Assembly: GCF_041381155.1 (NCBI RefSeq)
Contig: NC_091134.1
Span: 61,182,902-61,246,901 of the forward strand
Direction: 5' to 3'
Length of the DNA: 64,000 nucleotides
Origin: Argopecten irradians
Taxonomy: Eukaryota
Part shown: piece by piece, positions 49,777 to 61,455 of the stretch
Numbering within the stretch: the first letter of the stretch is position 1
How the letters are laid out: each line of letters starts with the position of its first letter
The notes under the pieces: model-generated
Database searches by the model: none
What the model was told of the DNA's origin: nothing
What the model saw: only the letters and a program-made list of their open reading frames with translations
Program-made: the position numbers and the translations under genes

Positions 49777-50654
49777 GTGAGTTAGGCTGAGACATAATCT
49801 CTGATACTACAAAGATGGTAGCTGTTTTCTTCATTTCTTCTCCTGGAACTTTTCAAAAGACAGTCAGACTTCAATTCATGATTTTTTCTTTCAGTGTAGA
49901 AGGCTTATTTTGTAGTGATATTCATACCAGGCAAGGGAGATGATTATGTCACACCTTGCAGTGGTTTGCTGACACTTTCTTGAAAGAGTGATCACATCAA
50001 TGTTATGATGTATCCTGATTAACATGTCACATGATTGCGAACATGTCACATGATTGCCAACATGTCACATGATTGCGAACCTATTGAGAAGGTGAAATAT
50101 TGTACACCAGGCCATTAATTTTATGGTTGACACAGAGGCTGTTATTATAATTTTTAGATTATATCCAACTGATAATATATTGTCCTGTTTAATAATCCAG
50201 AAACTTTGGTAGACTTTATGGATATCCAGTGTTAAGATGATAACTTTTAGGCTGCCTCGCTGCTGCTGATTATCAGCCAGTGAATGGAAATGGACTGGTC
50301 AAAATTACTCTGCAAGATCTGCTGATGTACTTAGCTGTAATCCCTAGACAGCCAGCTGACATATATCACATGTTACAATCCATTTATGTATATATTTATT
50401 GCTTCTCAAGTGATAGCTCTTATTTTGACAGTCAAATGTTGGCGCCTTCATGTCTTTATTGTTTTGTATAACCCCCTGCCTACGATCAAGCTATGTGGAG
50501 TATACTGTCTCATCTGTGTTTTGAATTGAACACTGACAATCGATGGATTATGAAAACATTGTGTACAACACATACAATGTTTGGCATATTTTCTTTTAAT
50601 GATATTCCCAAAACTCCTTCCCATTTACTAAACTAGTACTTGTATTAGTACATT

Positions 50655-50760
50655 TACTAGTTTTTAGCTCGCCTATTCGAAGAATAGGGGGAGCTAATGT
50701 TGTCACCCCGGCGTCGGCGTCGGTGTCAGCGTTGGCGTCCCATTTCACGTTAAAGTTTTT
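50655..50760 (-). mobile_element. Hairpin-head remnant (tttttagctcgcctattcgaagaatagggggagct) followed by a (CGTCGG)-like microsatellite remnant
   Basis: Same head family as the 30919 element. No satellite array follows. Confidence 0.35.
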
Positions 50761-51404
50761 GAGCAAGTTTCTGTTTCGTCAATTGTTTAAGCTTAAGTCA
50801 TAATAAATGTTTATGATTTTATTTTCCTAATGTGTATGGATGCTGAACGTGATAATACAACCAATTTGGGGCCCTTTAAGGGGTTTTTGAGTCTGTTAAT
50901 TTGTCATATTTCCATGTTTAAATAGTAAATACTTGAACATCAACTTCTTCTGAATAGACGAGCTTTGCTGTTCTCCAACAGCTCTTGTCTTTTTCCTAAC
51001 TTACTCTGCTGTCACATTTTTCTCTCAAATCTTTTATAAAACTAGGTATGCTTATCATCTGTTGGTGTGTCTCCATATTTCCTGCATTATGAGAGGTTTT
51101 GCTATATGTTGTGAATAGAAAATATCATGGAAAACTCCAGTCATATGACACACTTAGGAACCAATTCAAATCTTGAATGTTTTACACGAAGAGTAGAGAA
51201 CATGTGCAGGTCTTTTAATAAAATATAATTGGAAATGCTGCTATTGTATTTAAGTAAAAACAAGATATTATTTTCATATAGACAAGTTCTAAATTCTTAT
51301 TTAGGATCACGTTTTAATAACATCATGTAAAATTGGTGATGCAATACACTGACATAAGCAATTGCATAGAAATGCTCTTTGTATACATACATTATAGAGT
51401 GCCA

Positions 51405-51680
51405 TGTCAGTATACCGGGAGTTGGATTACTGGTTCGCCCGGGCCGTTGTCAGTATAATGTGACGGAGTGGGGTGTGTTGCTTTGAGTCTTTGGTGGAAT
51501 GTTTCAAATATATAGCACTATAAAAAGGGCAACAGTTCCACTATACAAGGAGGCACAATGCGAATATACCACAGTCTTCCAAAGCACGCACAGCGCACTT
51601 CATACACACTGCACCCCGCATGCATGGGAAGCCATCCTTACATGACCATGGCTGTTAATAGGACATTAATTAACAGAGCA
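51405..51680 (+). mobile_element. Second SINE-like copy. It shares the conserved central domain (ccatccttacatgaccatggctgttaataggacattaa) with the 38777 SINE but has a different 5-prime part.
   Basis: Domain identity read directly. A B-box-like ggttcgccc lies at about 51440. Confidence 0.4.
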
Positions 51681-52004
51681 CCATGTACTGACTGGTAACC
51701 ACAAAATTAAATTTCATGTACTCCAAGGTCAAGGTCATTAGAGGTCATCCTGGTCACATCACAGGACCAGCGGGGTTAATCCCTTAATGAGCAAGTCATG
51801 GTTTACTCCATAGGAATGGCAAACAAAGCTTATAAACGGTCATGATTATTTTGTTTAATTGCATCTTTCCATAAAATTTCAGACATGTTGACTTTTAATA
51901 GAGAACAATCTATATTCCATGCGCATATCTGTTGTGCTTAAAGTGGCTTGTCGGAGTTGAAGAAATGAAGCCTATCTTCAATTGTTTTGTTTGTTATGTT
52001 TTAG

Positions 52005-52105
52005 ATCTTGCCGATGTCGGATCAAAAATGCCAGTCATTGCTAAGGCAGCAAAGAAAAACCTCAGTAAAAAAGAATTTGACATCCTGAAAAAAATTCAAA
52101 ATAAG
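52005..52105 (+). CDS. Gene A exon (-D LADVGSKMPVIAKAAKKNLSKKEFDILKKIQNK)
   Basis: Acceptor gttatgttttag| and donor aataag|gtacat. Confidence 0.6.
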
Positions 52106-52427
52106 GTACATGTATATCCAAACGTAAAAAGTAAATGGATACTTTAACATCTTTAAAGGATATGAAAATAAAGTGCAATGTAAATATTCATCTTCATAAT
52201 AAACTATTGGATTGGATTTAAGGTTAACTATTGATAGTATTATCAATATTTTGAACAACCCTATTACTATTTGATAAATAAAGCAATTATAACCGAATCT
52301 CTATTATTATAAATATCACATTATGAAAACGATGAAATATTAGACTTCATAAAAGTCGAGGTATCAGCTGTATATGAAATTGAAATTTCACACTCATATT
52401 GTTCATAATAAACTGATTGTATTACAG

Positions 52428-52524
52428 TTAGGGGGTTGGACGAGGGATGAACTGGAGAAGGACCTGTATATTGATTTATCAGCCTGTATTGAGGTCCTAA
52501 ACACTGCAGGACTGAAGTCACTTG
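52428..52524 (+). CDS. Gene A exon (LGGWTRDELEKDLYIDLSACIEVLNTAGLKSL-)
   Basis: Acceptor gtattacag| and donor cacttg|gtaggt. It resembles the VWA5A C-terminal NGSWDLNEDLAKILG. Confidence 0.65.
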
Positions 52525-52857
52525 GTAGGTGGTACTGCATCGTAACTTCATCTCTATGGGAGTTTACTCAACAGGATTTTTCTCCAGTTGCATTTAATTT
52601 GATAAAAGTCGGTAAAAAGAAATGTAATTACGTTGTTTATTTTACTTTGTGGACTTCCTTTTCATTTTTGGACAGTCTTGAGCTAAAAACTTTGGAAACA
52701 GGAGAAAAAAATATCATACACAATTAGAGCCGAAACCTTGTTTTCTGGTATGGTTCGATCACACATAATAAATTTATATTTAAGATGCTGAGTGAAGGGT
52801 ATTCGATCATCGGTAAATGAACAGAAATCCTACTATACTGCATGAATATTTTTTTAG

Positions 52858-53153
52858 GTGTGAAGGTCGCTATGGAAATGGAGAATGTTTTAGTGACAGC
52901 ATTTGTTGTCATGTGGATACTCAAGACACTGGCACCAGAGTTATTCCCCTTGGATACCACCACCAGGAATTGGTCCCAAACTGCCGTGGAAATAGCAGCA
53001 GCCGTACTGGAGATATATGACCATGATCGGTCGTTGTTGGACAAGGCTGTTCAGTACTGTGACCAGTTAGAGAGGGCACACCCAGGTGTCGCCTATATAT
53101 TGGAACTGGGGTCTAACTGGTTCAATGTGGCTTCAAAAATATTAGGGTTATGA
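52858..53153 (+). CDS. Gene A terminal coding exon (-G VKVAMEMENVLVTAFVVMWILKTLAPELFPLDTTTRNWSQTAVEIAAAVLEIYDHDRSLLDKAVQYCDQLERAHPGVAYILELGSNWFNVASKILGL*)
   Basis: Acceptor tatttttttag| and stop TGA at 53151-53153. It resembles the VWA5A C-terminus ..SSGWATILAVIWLHS..ELLERKAVAWMRAH. Confidence 0.65.
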
Positions 53154-53394
53154 TTTCTATAACTGATGCAAAATTGAAAAGACTGAGTAACTAGAGTATC
53201 ATTTGAATATGAAGAATTTTGAAATGAGATTAATGTTCTTTGATTACAAGACATTTGAAATTAGGCAAAGGCATTTCAAATGAACTATATACTTTTCAAA
53301 TGAAAATTGTTAGGTAGTTGATATGGTTGTATGTGAAAAGGTTTATTTTTTTATGAAAACTTATGGTGTGCTGATTATGTAAAAGACATATTTT

Positions 53395-54350
53395 AGGTCA
53401 TCTGACCCGAAGGGTCATTATGACCTATTGTCATCATGCACCGTCTGTCGTCGTGCGCCGTGCGTAAACTTTTCATTTAAATGACTTCTTCTCTATAACC
53501 GAAAAGCCAAGGGTACTCATATTTGGCCGGTAGCATGCTGGGATGAAGGGCTACCAAGTTTGTTAAAATGAATGGCCTTGACCTTCATTCAAGGTCACAG
53601 GGGTCAAATAGGTGAAAATCTTTAAATGACTTCTTCTTAATAACCAAACAGCCTAGGGACTTGATATTGGGCCTGTGGCATGCTTGGATGAAGGGCTACC
53701 AAGTTTTTTCAAATGAATAACATTGACCTTCATTCAAGGTCACAGGGGTCAAATAGGTGAACATCTTTAAACGATTCTTCTTAATAACAAAGAGGCCTAG
53801 GGACCTGATATTAGGCCTGTTAGATGCTGGGATGAAGGGCTACAAAGTTTGTTCAAATGAATGACCTTGACCTCCATTCAAGGTCACAGGGGTCATAAAG
53901 GCTAAAATCTTTAAACAACTTCTTTTTAATAATAAAGAGGCCTAGGGACCTGATATTGCGACTTTGGCATGCTTGGATAAAGGGCTAATGAGTTTGTTCA
54001 AATGAATGACCTTGATCTTCATTCAAGGTCACAGGGGTCAAATAGGCTAAAATTGTTAAAAGACTTCTTAATAACCAAAATGCCTAGAGACCTGATATTG
54101 GGCCTGTGACATGTTGGGATGAAGCTCTACAAAGTTTGTTCAAATGAATGATCTTGACTTTAGGGATCAAATAGGCTAAAATATTTAAATGGCTTCTTTT
54201 TAATAACCAAGAGGCAAAGGGGCCTCTAATGTGCTTAGGCATGATATAAATTCTTATTCACTCTCCTATTTGTTAAGTATGAACCATGCATGATTACCAG
54301 ATAGCAGGTGAGCGATTCGGGCCCATTGGGCCCTTGTTACATTTACAATA
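53395..54350 (-). mobile_element. HINE-like element carrying satellite A, immediately 3-prime of the gene A stop. On the + strand it reads, in order:
- ttttag + hairpin (ggtcatctgacccgaagggtcattatgacc)
- decayed (CGTC)n 53437-53468
- ~145-bp satellite A x ~5 (53470-54200)
- tail ..accagatagcaggtgagcgattcgggcccattgggcccttgttac
   Basis: Direct reading. Confidence 0.6.
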
Positions 54351-56411
54351 ACACAGAATTGATGCACTTAATTCTATTGTTAATTTATAACTACCTATAT
54401 CACTGTACAAAATTGAATTGAAATTGTAGACCACAACTTGCCTTCTTGGTTTGATTATGTCATGCGCATTTAAAAACTCTTTAGAAGTAAAAATGATTTT
54501 GACGGAACAAGTTCATGTTGTTATCAGATATATGTTTGGGCAGTTAAAAGAACTTGAACCGTAATTAAGGTCGGCTCTGATATTGTTGTCATATACTCTC
54601 AAAGTTTACTATAATCTGTATCTATGTAAAACATTAATCATACTTTCTAGGAAAACTTTCTTATAAATCATTGTGATATATTTTACAAGAAGTATTTTTT
54701 TGTATTTCTTTTACTGTTTTAACTATATTATAAAGTCTGTGATCAACCTGAATTGTGATAAAAAGGACATAGTTGTATGAGTGATGCGTCATAAAACTGG
54801 CCTTTAAGTTATAGGAAATTGTAGTTTCTCACACACATCTACATGCATTTCTCAATACTGCGAAATGTAGCATGTGATGTGTCAGCAAAATGTTTATATT
54901 GATGATGGCTCCACATTATGTGTATTGTTTGAAAAATGTTTTTTAAGCGGAAAACACTTTACCTTCATGATCAGTTAATGCATAATTCAGTACTCTGAAC
55001 TGAAAGTTGTTAAGTATACGATTGGCATTATTCATGACTACTAAATAAGCTGTTGATGTAATAAATGAATTTGATCGTATAATGATGACCATTCTTGCTT
55101 TTCATGCTCATAAAAGCATTACAATTTTATCGCACTAACATTGAATTTAAATGTGGTGTATGGAATGATCAGTGATACGAAATAAATTCATAGGTTTTTG
55201 AAAAACCTTTTCTTATAGAAAAATAAAAACAAATGCTTATCTTAAGAATAGCACCAATGAGGGCAATTATTTATGCCTTTTTGTGACACGAACAAAACAA
55301 AACGGCTGAACTATTTTAGATTAGAGATTGTTGAAAACTAAAGCTTATATCGTTATGTTATTATTTTACATATTTTGTTTATTATTCATTTTAATGTGAT
55401 ATTGCCATGATGTATACTATGCATTGGAATATATCAATAAATGCATTTTCCATTTAAAACTTACCACTTTACTTGTCAATGTGTGTTCTTTTTACCAGTT
55501 TGTCATGGAGGTTTTCAGAGGTGAGACAGATCATACGATTCTTGCTGTTTGATTGAGAGCATGGAAACATAACTAATTATTAATATAATAATAATGAGGG
55601 GAAAAAGCAACAACAAAAAATTAAAACGACCAAATATGTAAAATTATGATATAAAGCTCAATATTTAGCGAGTCCTCTCTATTCTTTTGACACCCACAAA
55701 TTTGTTTTTGACAAAGGGCTTCAGAAAAGACGCTTGCTAAGATTATTAAATAATATTAAGTATCATAGATTATAAAGTTTGTTTATGTTTAAAGAGAAGG
55801 AGAAACAGTAGGAATCCACTTAGATCTTTTTTGGTCAAAATAGAAAGATCCTCAGCAGTAAAAATGTATGAAAATGAGTTGATTTTACAGGAATTTTATG
55901 GACCGGAAGTTATTAGTCTATCCTCATGAGTGCCAAGTGAAGTTCGTCTATATTGTGTTATGTTTGGCTGGGATTTGAGCACACTATGTCTCTTACCTTT
56001 TATGATATGTAAAACCACTTGAGTACGGAGTCCGGAGATCTCATAAACAATTTCAAGTGATAACCATATGACGAAATTCCTAGCATTTCAACCAAACTGT
56101 TGTCTGAAGGTGAAATACCTGCAAATGGAAGGGGTAATCGGATCGGAAGACGGCAAGACTAGACAACGATGTTTAGTAGGCATATTGATTCTTTTTACAT
56201 GTATATATGATGTTAAGCCGTAAAATTTCCTTGGCCAATTGATCAAATTGAGTTTTGACTATTACCGTCAAACATTTATATTTCATTTTGTCTTTGTTTT
56301 CGAAGGTGAGCGAAAAAGAACACACTTTGTTAGGTATTTATTGGGTAATGAGGTTTAACGTCCTAATTATAACCAGGGTCATTAAAGGTCAGCCTCCCCT
56401 ATATGTAATGT

Positions 56412-57555
56412 GCCGGTGTAACGTTGAAAATGGACCCCCGTTGAAAACTGACCTCGGGTCATTTTTCAACGTTGAAAAATGACCCCGAAAACCGTTGAAA
56501 ACTGAACTTTCAGCGCACTTTTTACACCTACCCGTTGAAAATAGACCCCGTTGAAAAGTGACCCCATAAGAACTCGTTTTTACACAACAACACAACACGA
56601 CACCACAACACCACGAAACCACACACCATCACACAGCACAGCAACACACCAACAACACAACAACAAAACACAACATAACACCACACAACAACACATCACA
56701 TCACACAACAAAACACAACAAAATAACACAACATCACACAACACAACATCAAACAACATAACATCACATAACACAACCACGCATCACACTAAACACAACA
56801 CAAGACAACATTACACAACAACACGACACAACATCACAACAAAACATCACACAACACAATCACAACACACAACACGACCTAACAACACAACAATAGAACA
56901 ACACAACACCCGACAACAACACAACATCACACAACATAACGCAACAACACATCACAAAACAACACAACACAACCATACGCAGAACACAACATAACTGATC
57001 CATACGCAGATATAATACATGCATTCTTGTATTGCAGGGAATAAATATATATTAACAATTACTGAATATCTGACAAACGTAAAATCGTCGAAAATATAAT
57101 CATAAAAAATCATTAAGAAACAAATTAATGATATCCCATAATTATAGTTTTGTAACACTATCCACTGGTACTAGGAAGTGAACACCACATAGTACAAACT
57201 TAGTGCCGTATTCTCCATAATAAACATACAAGCACCTAAAATATTTAAATGAGGTATTTGTTACGATGATAACAATATCAATTTTCAATTCAAATCGAGG
57301 TGATTACGTAATTTAAATACCAGCACAGAAGGGTCGCTTATATTAGGAAAGGCGGTAACAGAATTCGAGAACAGTTATATATGTGAATGTACTAGGGTCA
57401 TATTTCAACAGATCACCCGTTGATAGTTTGCCAAAGTCATTTTTCAACAGACCTGCCGTTGAGAATTGACCCTAGACACTGTCAATTTTCAACGGCATGT
57501 TCAATTTTCAACGGCATTCGGGTCCGTTTTCAACGGAGGTCCATTTTCAACGTTA
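56412..57555. mobile_element. Foldback-like element (~1.15 kb). It has ~150-bp inverted arms built from ~22-bp subrepeats (CCGTTGAAAAyTGACC), flanking a ~420-bp (CAACA/CACAA)n low-complexity core (56575-56995) and a ~400-bp AT-rich segment.
   Basis: Left arm 56412-56560. The right arm 57400-57555 is its reverse complement: ggtgtaacgttgaaaatggacc appears in both. Opposite-strand ORFs share VFNGGPFSTLHR. Confidence 0.6.
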
Positions 57556-58849
57556 CACCGTATGTATGCATGTTTTGGGAGACTGCAGTATATTGTATAT
57601 TTGTCCCCGTGTAATAGTGGACTATTGTGGTTTAGAGCTCCCTCACTAAAGCATGTCGTCAACAACACATCCATCCGTCATATCAAACTCACATCGGATA
57701 AACCAGTCGTCCCACTCCTTTTCTACTGAGCGTTAAGCAAGATCAGAAACTACCCTTTTAATGTCGTGTCACGACTAGAGGATATAACGTTGAGTCTTTC
57801 ATACTGGGACGAACGTTTAACTCGAGGCCAAGGTAGTAAAATGGTATTACAGGAGACATTATGATGAAGAAAGTCAGTTAGGAAACGATAATATCTAGTC
57901 ACCTTTTCAATTCATTCAAACGCCTTTCCTACAGGGGAGACATACATGTGGTCAAATCATTTACGTATTTGACATTCTATCCTTTACACGGTACTTCCTG
58001 AGAAGTTTCAGGTATACATGGCTTTAGATCGGCGTGCTGCCCTACATTATTCATGTACAACCTATATTTCATATGTCAATTTGTGATTATGAGTTGCGTG
58101 TTATAACGATCTACCTATGTTTATCCCATAACTATGCATGTTTCACAATGTAAAACTCCTGTGATAAATTCCATAGCAGTTGGTTATCGTTTATGTTTAC
58201 ACACTTCCTTGAATGAGAAACAACTGATCACCATGGTATTCAGATAGAGGTAAGTTATAGGATAAACAAGATCCCCAACACGTGACTGCTGTTCATCATG
58301 TTTATTTAACACTCGTTAGTTAATTTTCAAATTTTTAAAAGACACGAGCCTTAGCGAGTCGTTTAAAAATTTAAAAATTAAATAACGGGGTTAATAAACA
58401 TGGTTAAGAACAGTCAGTTGTTGAGGAACCTCTATGTAACAGCACTTCAGGGTACCTGACGTCATTTTTTATCAAAGAAAACTACTAAGTACGTAACTTT
58501 TCACACAAACTGATGACGTATCAATCAGTACCTACAGCAATCAGAGTAAGTACCTAATTACTTGTCCTTCAGGATCATCTCCTGTGATGTCCATTTAAAA
58601 TTACGTTTCAAGAGTCTTGAATATAAAAATATGTGTAAACTACCCCGCTTGTTAATTCTACTTTAGGTTGATCTATGGTTTGGCATTTATGTAGATATAT
58701 CTATTTATTTTAAAAAAGTATATATTTTTTTCATGTTTTAATTTTAGTAAAAAAATAAACACTTCTCCGTCAACACTAATTCAAGTTTGTTACTCACAGT
58801 GGCAAATATGGACAGACTTATATCTGCCTGCTTACAATATGGCAACGGA

Positions 58850-58860
58850 TATAAACCAAT
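58850..58860 (+). promoter_or_regulatory. Possible TATA box (TATAAA 58850-58855) plus CCAAT (58856-58860), ~135 bp upstream of the gene B ATG
   Basis: Motifs read directly. No transcript evidence. Confidence 0.2.
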
Positions 58861-58991
58861 CTTAATACAATTTTTAGCTCCCGAAATGAGATAGAATGAA
58901 ATTCTTACACATCTATGCAACAGAACAATGGGTGTGAGAATCGTGAGAGCTTATCACAAGGGAGAACCGACGCGCCGGAAGTTGGCCAGTT

Positions 58992-59071
58992 ATGAACAGA
59001 ATAAGGATATCAAGAAGAATGTTTGCTTTTGTTTTGCTGCTATTGGCTTCATCATCTGCAGCAGATGACGG
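58992..59071 (+). CDS. Gene B exon 1, start codon plus signal peptide (MNRIRISRRMFAFVLLLLASSSAADD-)
   Basis: ATG at 58992, hydrophobic core FAFVLLLLA, donor gacgg|gtaagt. Confidence 0.7.
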
Positions 59072-59607
59072 GTAAGTTATATTGATGTAATAGCAATATT
59101 GTAACAATATCTTTACTTACTGATCACATCGTATGTTCCGTCAAATAAATATTCCATATCATTATTTCCTTCTTATTTAGAATATAACAAAATAAAAGAG
59201 CATCATCATTTGCACGGTAATGCTGTAGTGTAATAAAGCGGACCAAAGTTAAGGGTTACTAATAGGACACAGATATCTAAATCTTTGTTCAGTATCACTG
59301 TAGACGTATCATGTTGGTAGACCGGGTAAAAATACTTCCCACCATTTTTTTTCATATTTAAAAACAACGATTATGTTTTAACGTTGGTTCGGTAGTTTTA
59401 GGTAGTCTCTGAACACCACGTATTGAAGACAACAGGTACCGGTTAAATCTGTATATAAATTGTTTGATAATGATATTTCATTAGATATCGTATGGTACGC
59501 TCGTATTGCTTGTATTGGAAACCTTAAGATGCTAAAGTTTCTGTCCTATGGAAAATTGGTTTCCATAACTTTTTTTGTCTTTTTTTTTTGTAACAGGGTG
59601 TTTGACA

Positions 59608-59674
59608 TCAAGTACCCAAATGTTGTTATAGCGGCCCAGGGTGATGGGAATGTGTCGTTACAGGTAACATTTGA
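59608..59674 (+). CDS. Gene B exon 2 (-G VFDIKYPNVVIAAQGDGNVSLQ)
   Basis: Acceptor tttttttttgtaacag| and donor ttacag|gtaaca. Confidence 0.65.
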
Positions 59675-60068
59675 TATGTCTCAAGAATTATAAGGTGTTC
59701 TGCTTAAATATGGAGGATATAAAACTATATGTATTAATTGTTTGCGAAATCTAATATAACTAACATGCATAATAATGTATAAAGGCAGAATAATTCGCAC
59801 TATTTTTTAACAACATTTCATTGGTTAAAATTGATCCTATATTGGCACGGTGGTTATCTTCCTTATTTGTTGTTACAAGACTTGTATTTATTACTACTAT
59901 AGCTAAGCAAAATGTACATGATTGAATGGATATATGTGAAGTGAAAACTAATTCCCTACCTTTGTTATACTCCATTCATTGTTTTGAGGTGATAATCCAA
60001 CACATTTACGAATATTGACGAAATCATATTGGCATCACTTAATATAGTAATTATTATCCTCCCGTCAG

Positions 60069-60161
60069 TCTGGCCCTGCCACGAAGGACTTGTACATACT
60101 TCCTGGACCAAACGGAGGCTCTGTATACATGGAGGATACAGATCTGCTGCATATAATAAAG
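60069..60161 (+). CDS. Gene B exon 3 (SGPATKDLYILPGPNGGSVYMEDTDLLHIIK)
   Basis: Acceptor cctcccgtcag| and donor ataaag|gtaata. Confidence 0.65.
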
Positions 60162-60623
60162 GTAATAAGATATAACTATATCTATTTAACTCAGTTCAAC
60201 AAGACTATGCAGTGTTTGTATGCTAGCATAAGATACAAACTTTTGGAAAGTCTCTCTGTTGACTTCATGATCACGTCTGGGAAAACACTTTCATTTATCA
60301 AATGTGAGATCAGATGTGTTTATTACTTTAAATATGTATGTTGGTTCCAATTTCGCCATATAACCTTATTCCATATAGTAAATTACTCTCTATCTTCATA
60401 CGTAACTATAACTGTAATTATAAAGCAAGTAAAGTAAGCGGTTTGGAAAGGTTATGTGCAGTCTTCCCTTCTCGAAAGGGTTCATAGCGTTCGACATATC
60501 TATAGACGTTACCAGCTTTTACATTCTACAGAGTACATATTTGGGAAGGTGTTATAATTATTTTATTCCACTTATTATCGTACTAACTAACATAATTTTG
60601 TTATTTGTCTTTCTCTACTCTAG

Positions 60624-60725
60624 ATTGCTGAAAGCCTTCCGCCTGTCTGGTCTCCTCATGCTCACGTAGCATTCTTCGGCACATTTAAGGGTGAAGAGAA
60701 GGTGGACTTGAAACTAGAAGCGGAG
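60624..60725 (+). CDS. Gene B exon 4 (IAESLPPVWSPHAHVAFFGTFKGEEKVDLKLEAE)
   Basis: Acceptor ttctctactctag| and donor gcggag|gtaata. Confidence 0.65.
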
Positions 60726-61250
60726 GTAATAAAACCTAAAAAGCAATTGTTTAAGGATACATTCTGTGTGCACAGTTAATATTTAGATGGTTTCCCCTGT
60801 ATTTGGCATGTGACGAGTGCGTTTATGGTTTGGTGTCCATTCTATAGAATTGTATTTTACAGAATCATGCTGCTAAAGAGAAGGGACAAAGAACACATTG
60901 CACGGTCACATCAAATTGCCAACTTAATTTATGTTAAACCTTAATCAGAAGGGAAAAAAATACATTTTTATGCTTAAGTATGTCTCGGCAATGGGTAGAA
61001 ACAGATCATTCCGCATAGAAGTGTACAGTCAACTCAAGGATAAACGTGAGGACAGTCTCATGGGAAGGTAATGTTCAGAAATGAAGTCATGTAGGAAGCG
61101 AAGATATTGTCTTAAATTTATTGGCCTCTATGATTTCGGTTTTTTCCAATCTGCGGAAAATTAAAATATTTAATATTTTGGAATTTTAAAATGGTATTCA
61201 AGTACTAAATCGACATTTTATTAATAAATTTTGCTGAAGTATAATTTTAG

Positions 61251-61455
61251 TTGCTATCGTTTGAGGACCCGGAGGGTAGGGCCCTCAAGTTTGCCCTCGT
61301 TGCTGGAGACCTACCACCAGGTTTCAAGTTGAACGGTACCACTGGTCACGTGACGGGTGTTGTCCCTGATGTAACCACTAGTTACAAATTCACCATCCGG
61401 GCTATCGATGTACATAACAAGTACGCTGACGCAGTGTTCAAGATGGAAACCTTAG
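61251..61455 (+). CDS. Gene B exon 5, cadherin-like (Cadg/putative Ig) domain (LLSFEDPEGRALKFALVAGDLPPGFKLNGTTGHVTGVVPDVTTSYKFTIRAIDVHNKYADAVFKMETL-)
   Basis: Acceptor ataattttag| and donor cttag|gtacaa. The pattern F.L.AGDLP.G..LN..TG.V.G.V.....Y.F.I.A.D is typical of dystroglycan-type cadherin-like domains. Confidence 0.7.

Larger units (their letters stand above)
8560..53153 (+). other. Gene A span (5-prime truncated). VIT/vWA-family gene resembling VWA5A (also ITIH/PARP4-like vWA region), about 23 coding exons.
   Basis: Exon peptides match remembered VWA5A motifs:
- NMGNTDLYRPL compared with LGGTEILAPL
- IFLVSDGHINH..RVFTFGV compared with LFVFTDGEV..CFSFGIG
- AFEGFDSKAKSKWE
- ILHRLAAKAI compared with IHRLAARSL
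- TSLTSFIAVEK compared with SSFTAFIAINK
- C-terminal GGWTRDELEKDL and ..VTAFVVMWIL.. compared with NGSWDLNEDLAKIL and ..ATILAVIWL..
All exon phases chain consistently. Confidence 0.7.

Noticed and set aside
55440-55530. Possible tiny exon (..ttaccag|tttgtcatggaggttttcagag|gtgagac)
   Set aside because: It is 22 nt with no neighbouring exons or frame context, in intergenic repeat-poor DNA. There is too little evidence.
56551-56994. 147-aa ORF rich in T/H/N/Q (TTTQHDTTTPRNHTPSHSTATHQQHNN...)
   Set aside because: It is a translation of the (CAACA)n low-complexity core of the foldback element. It has no splice context or start context and extreme compositional bias.
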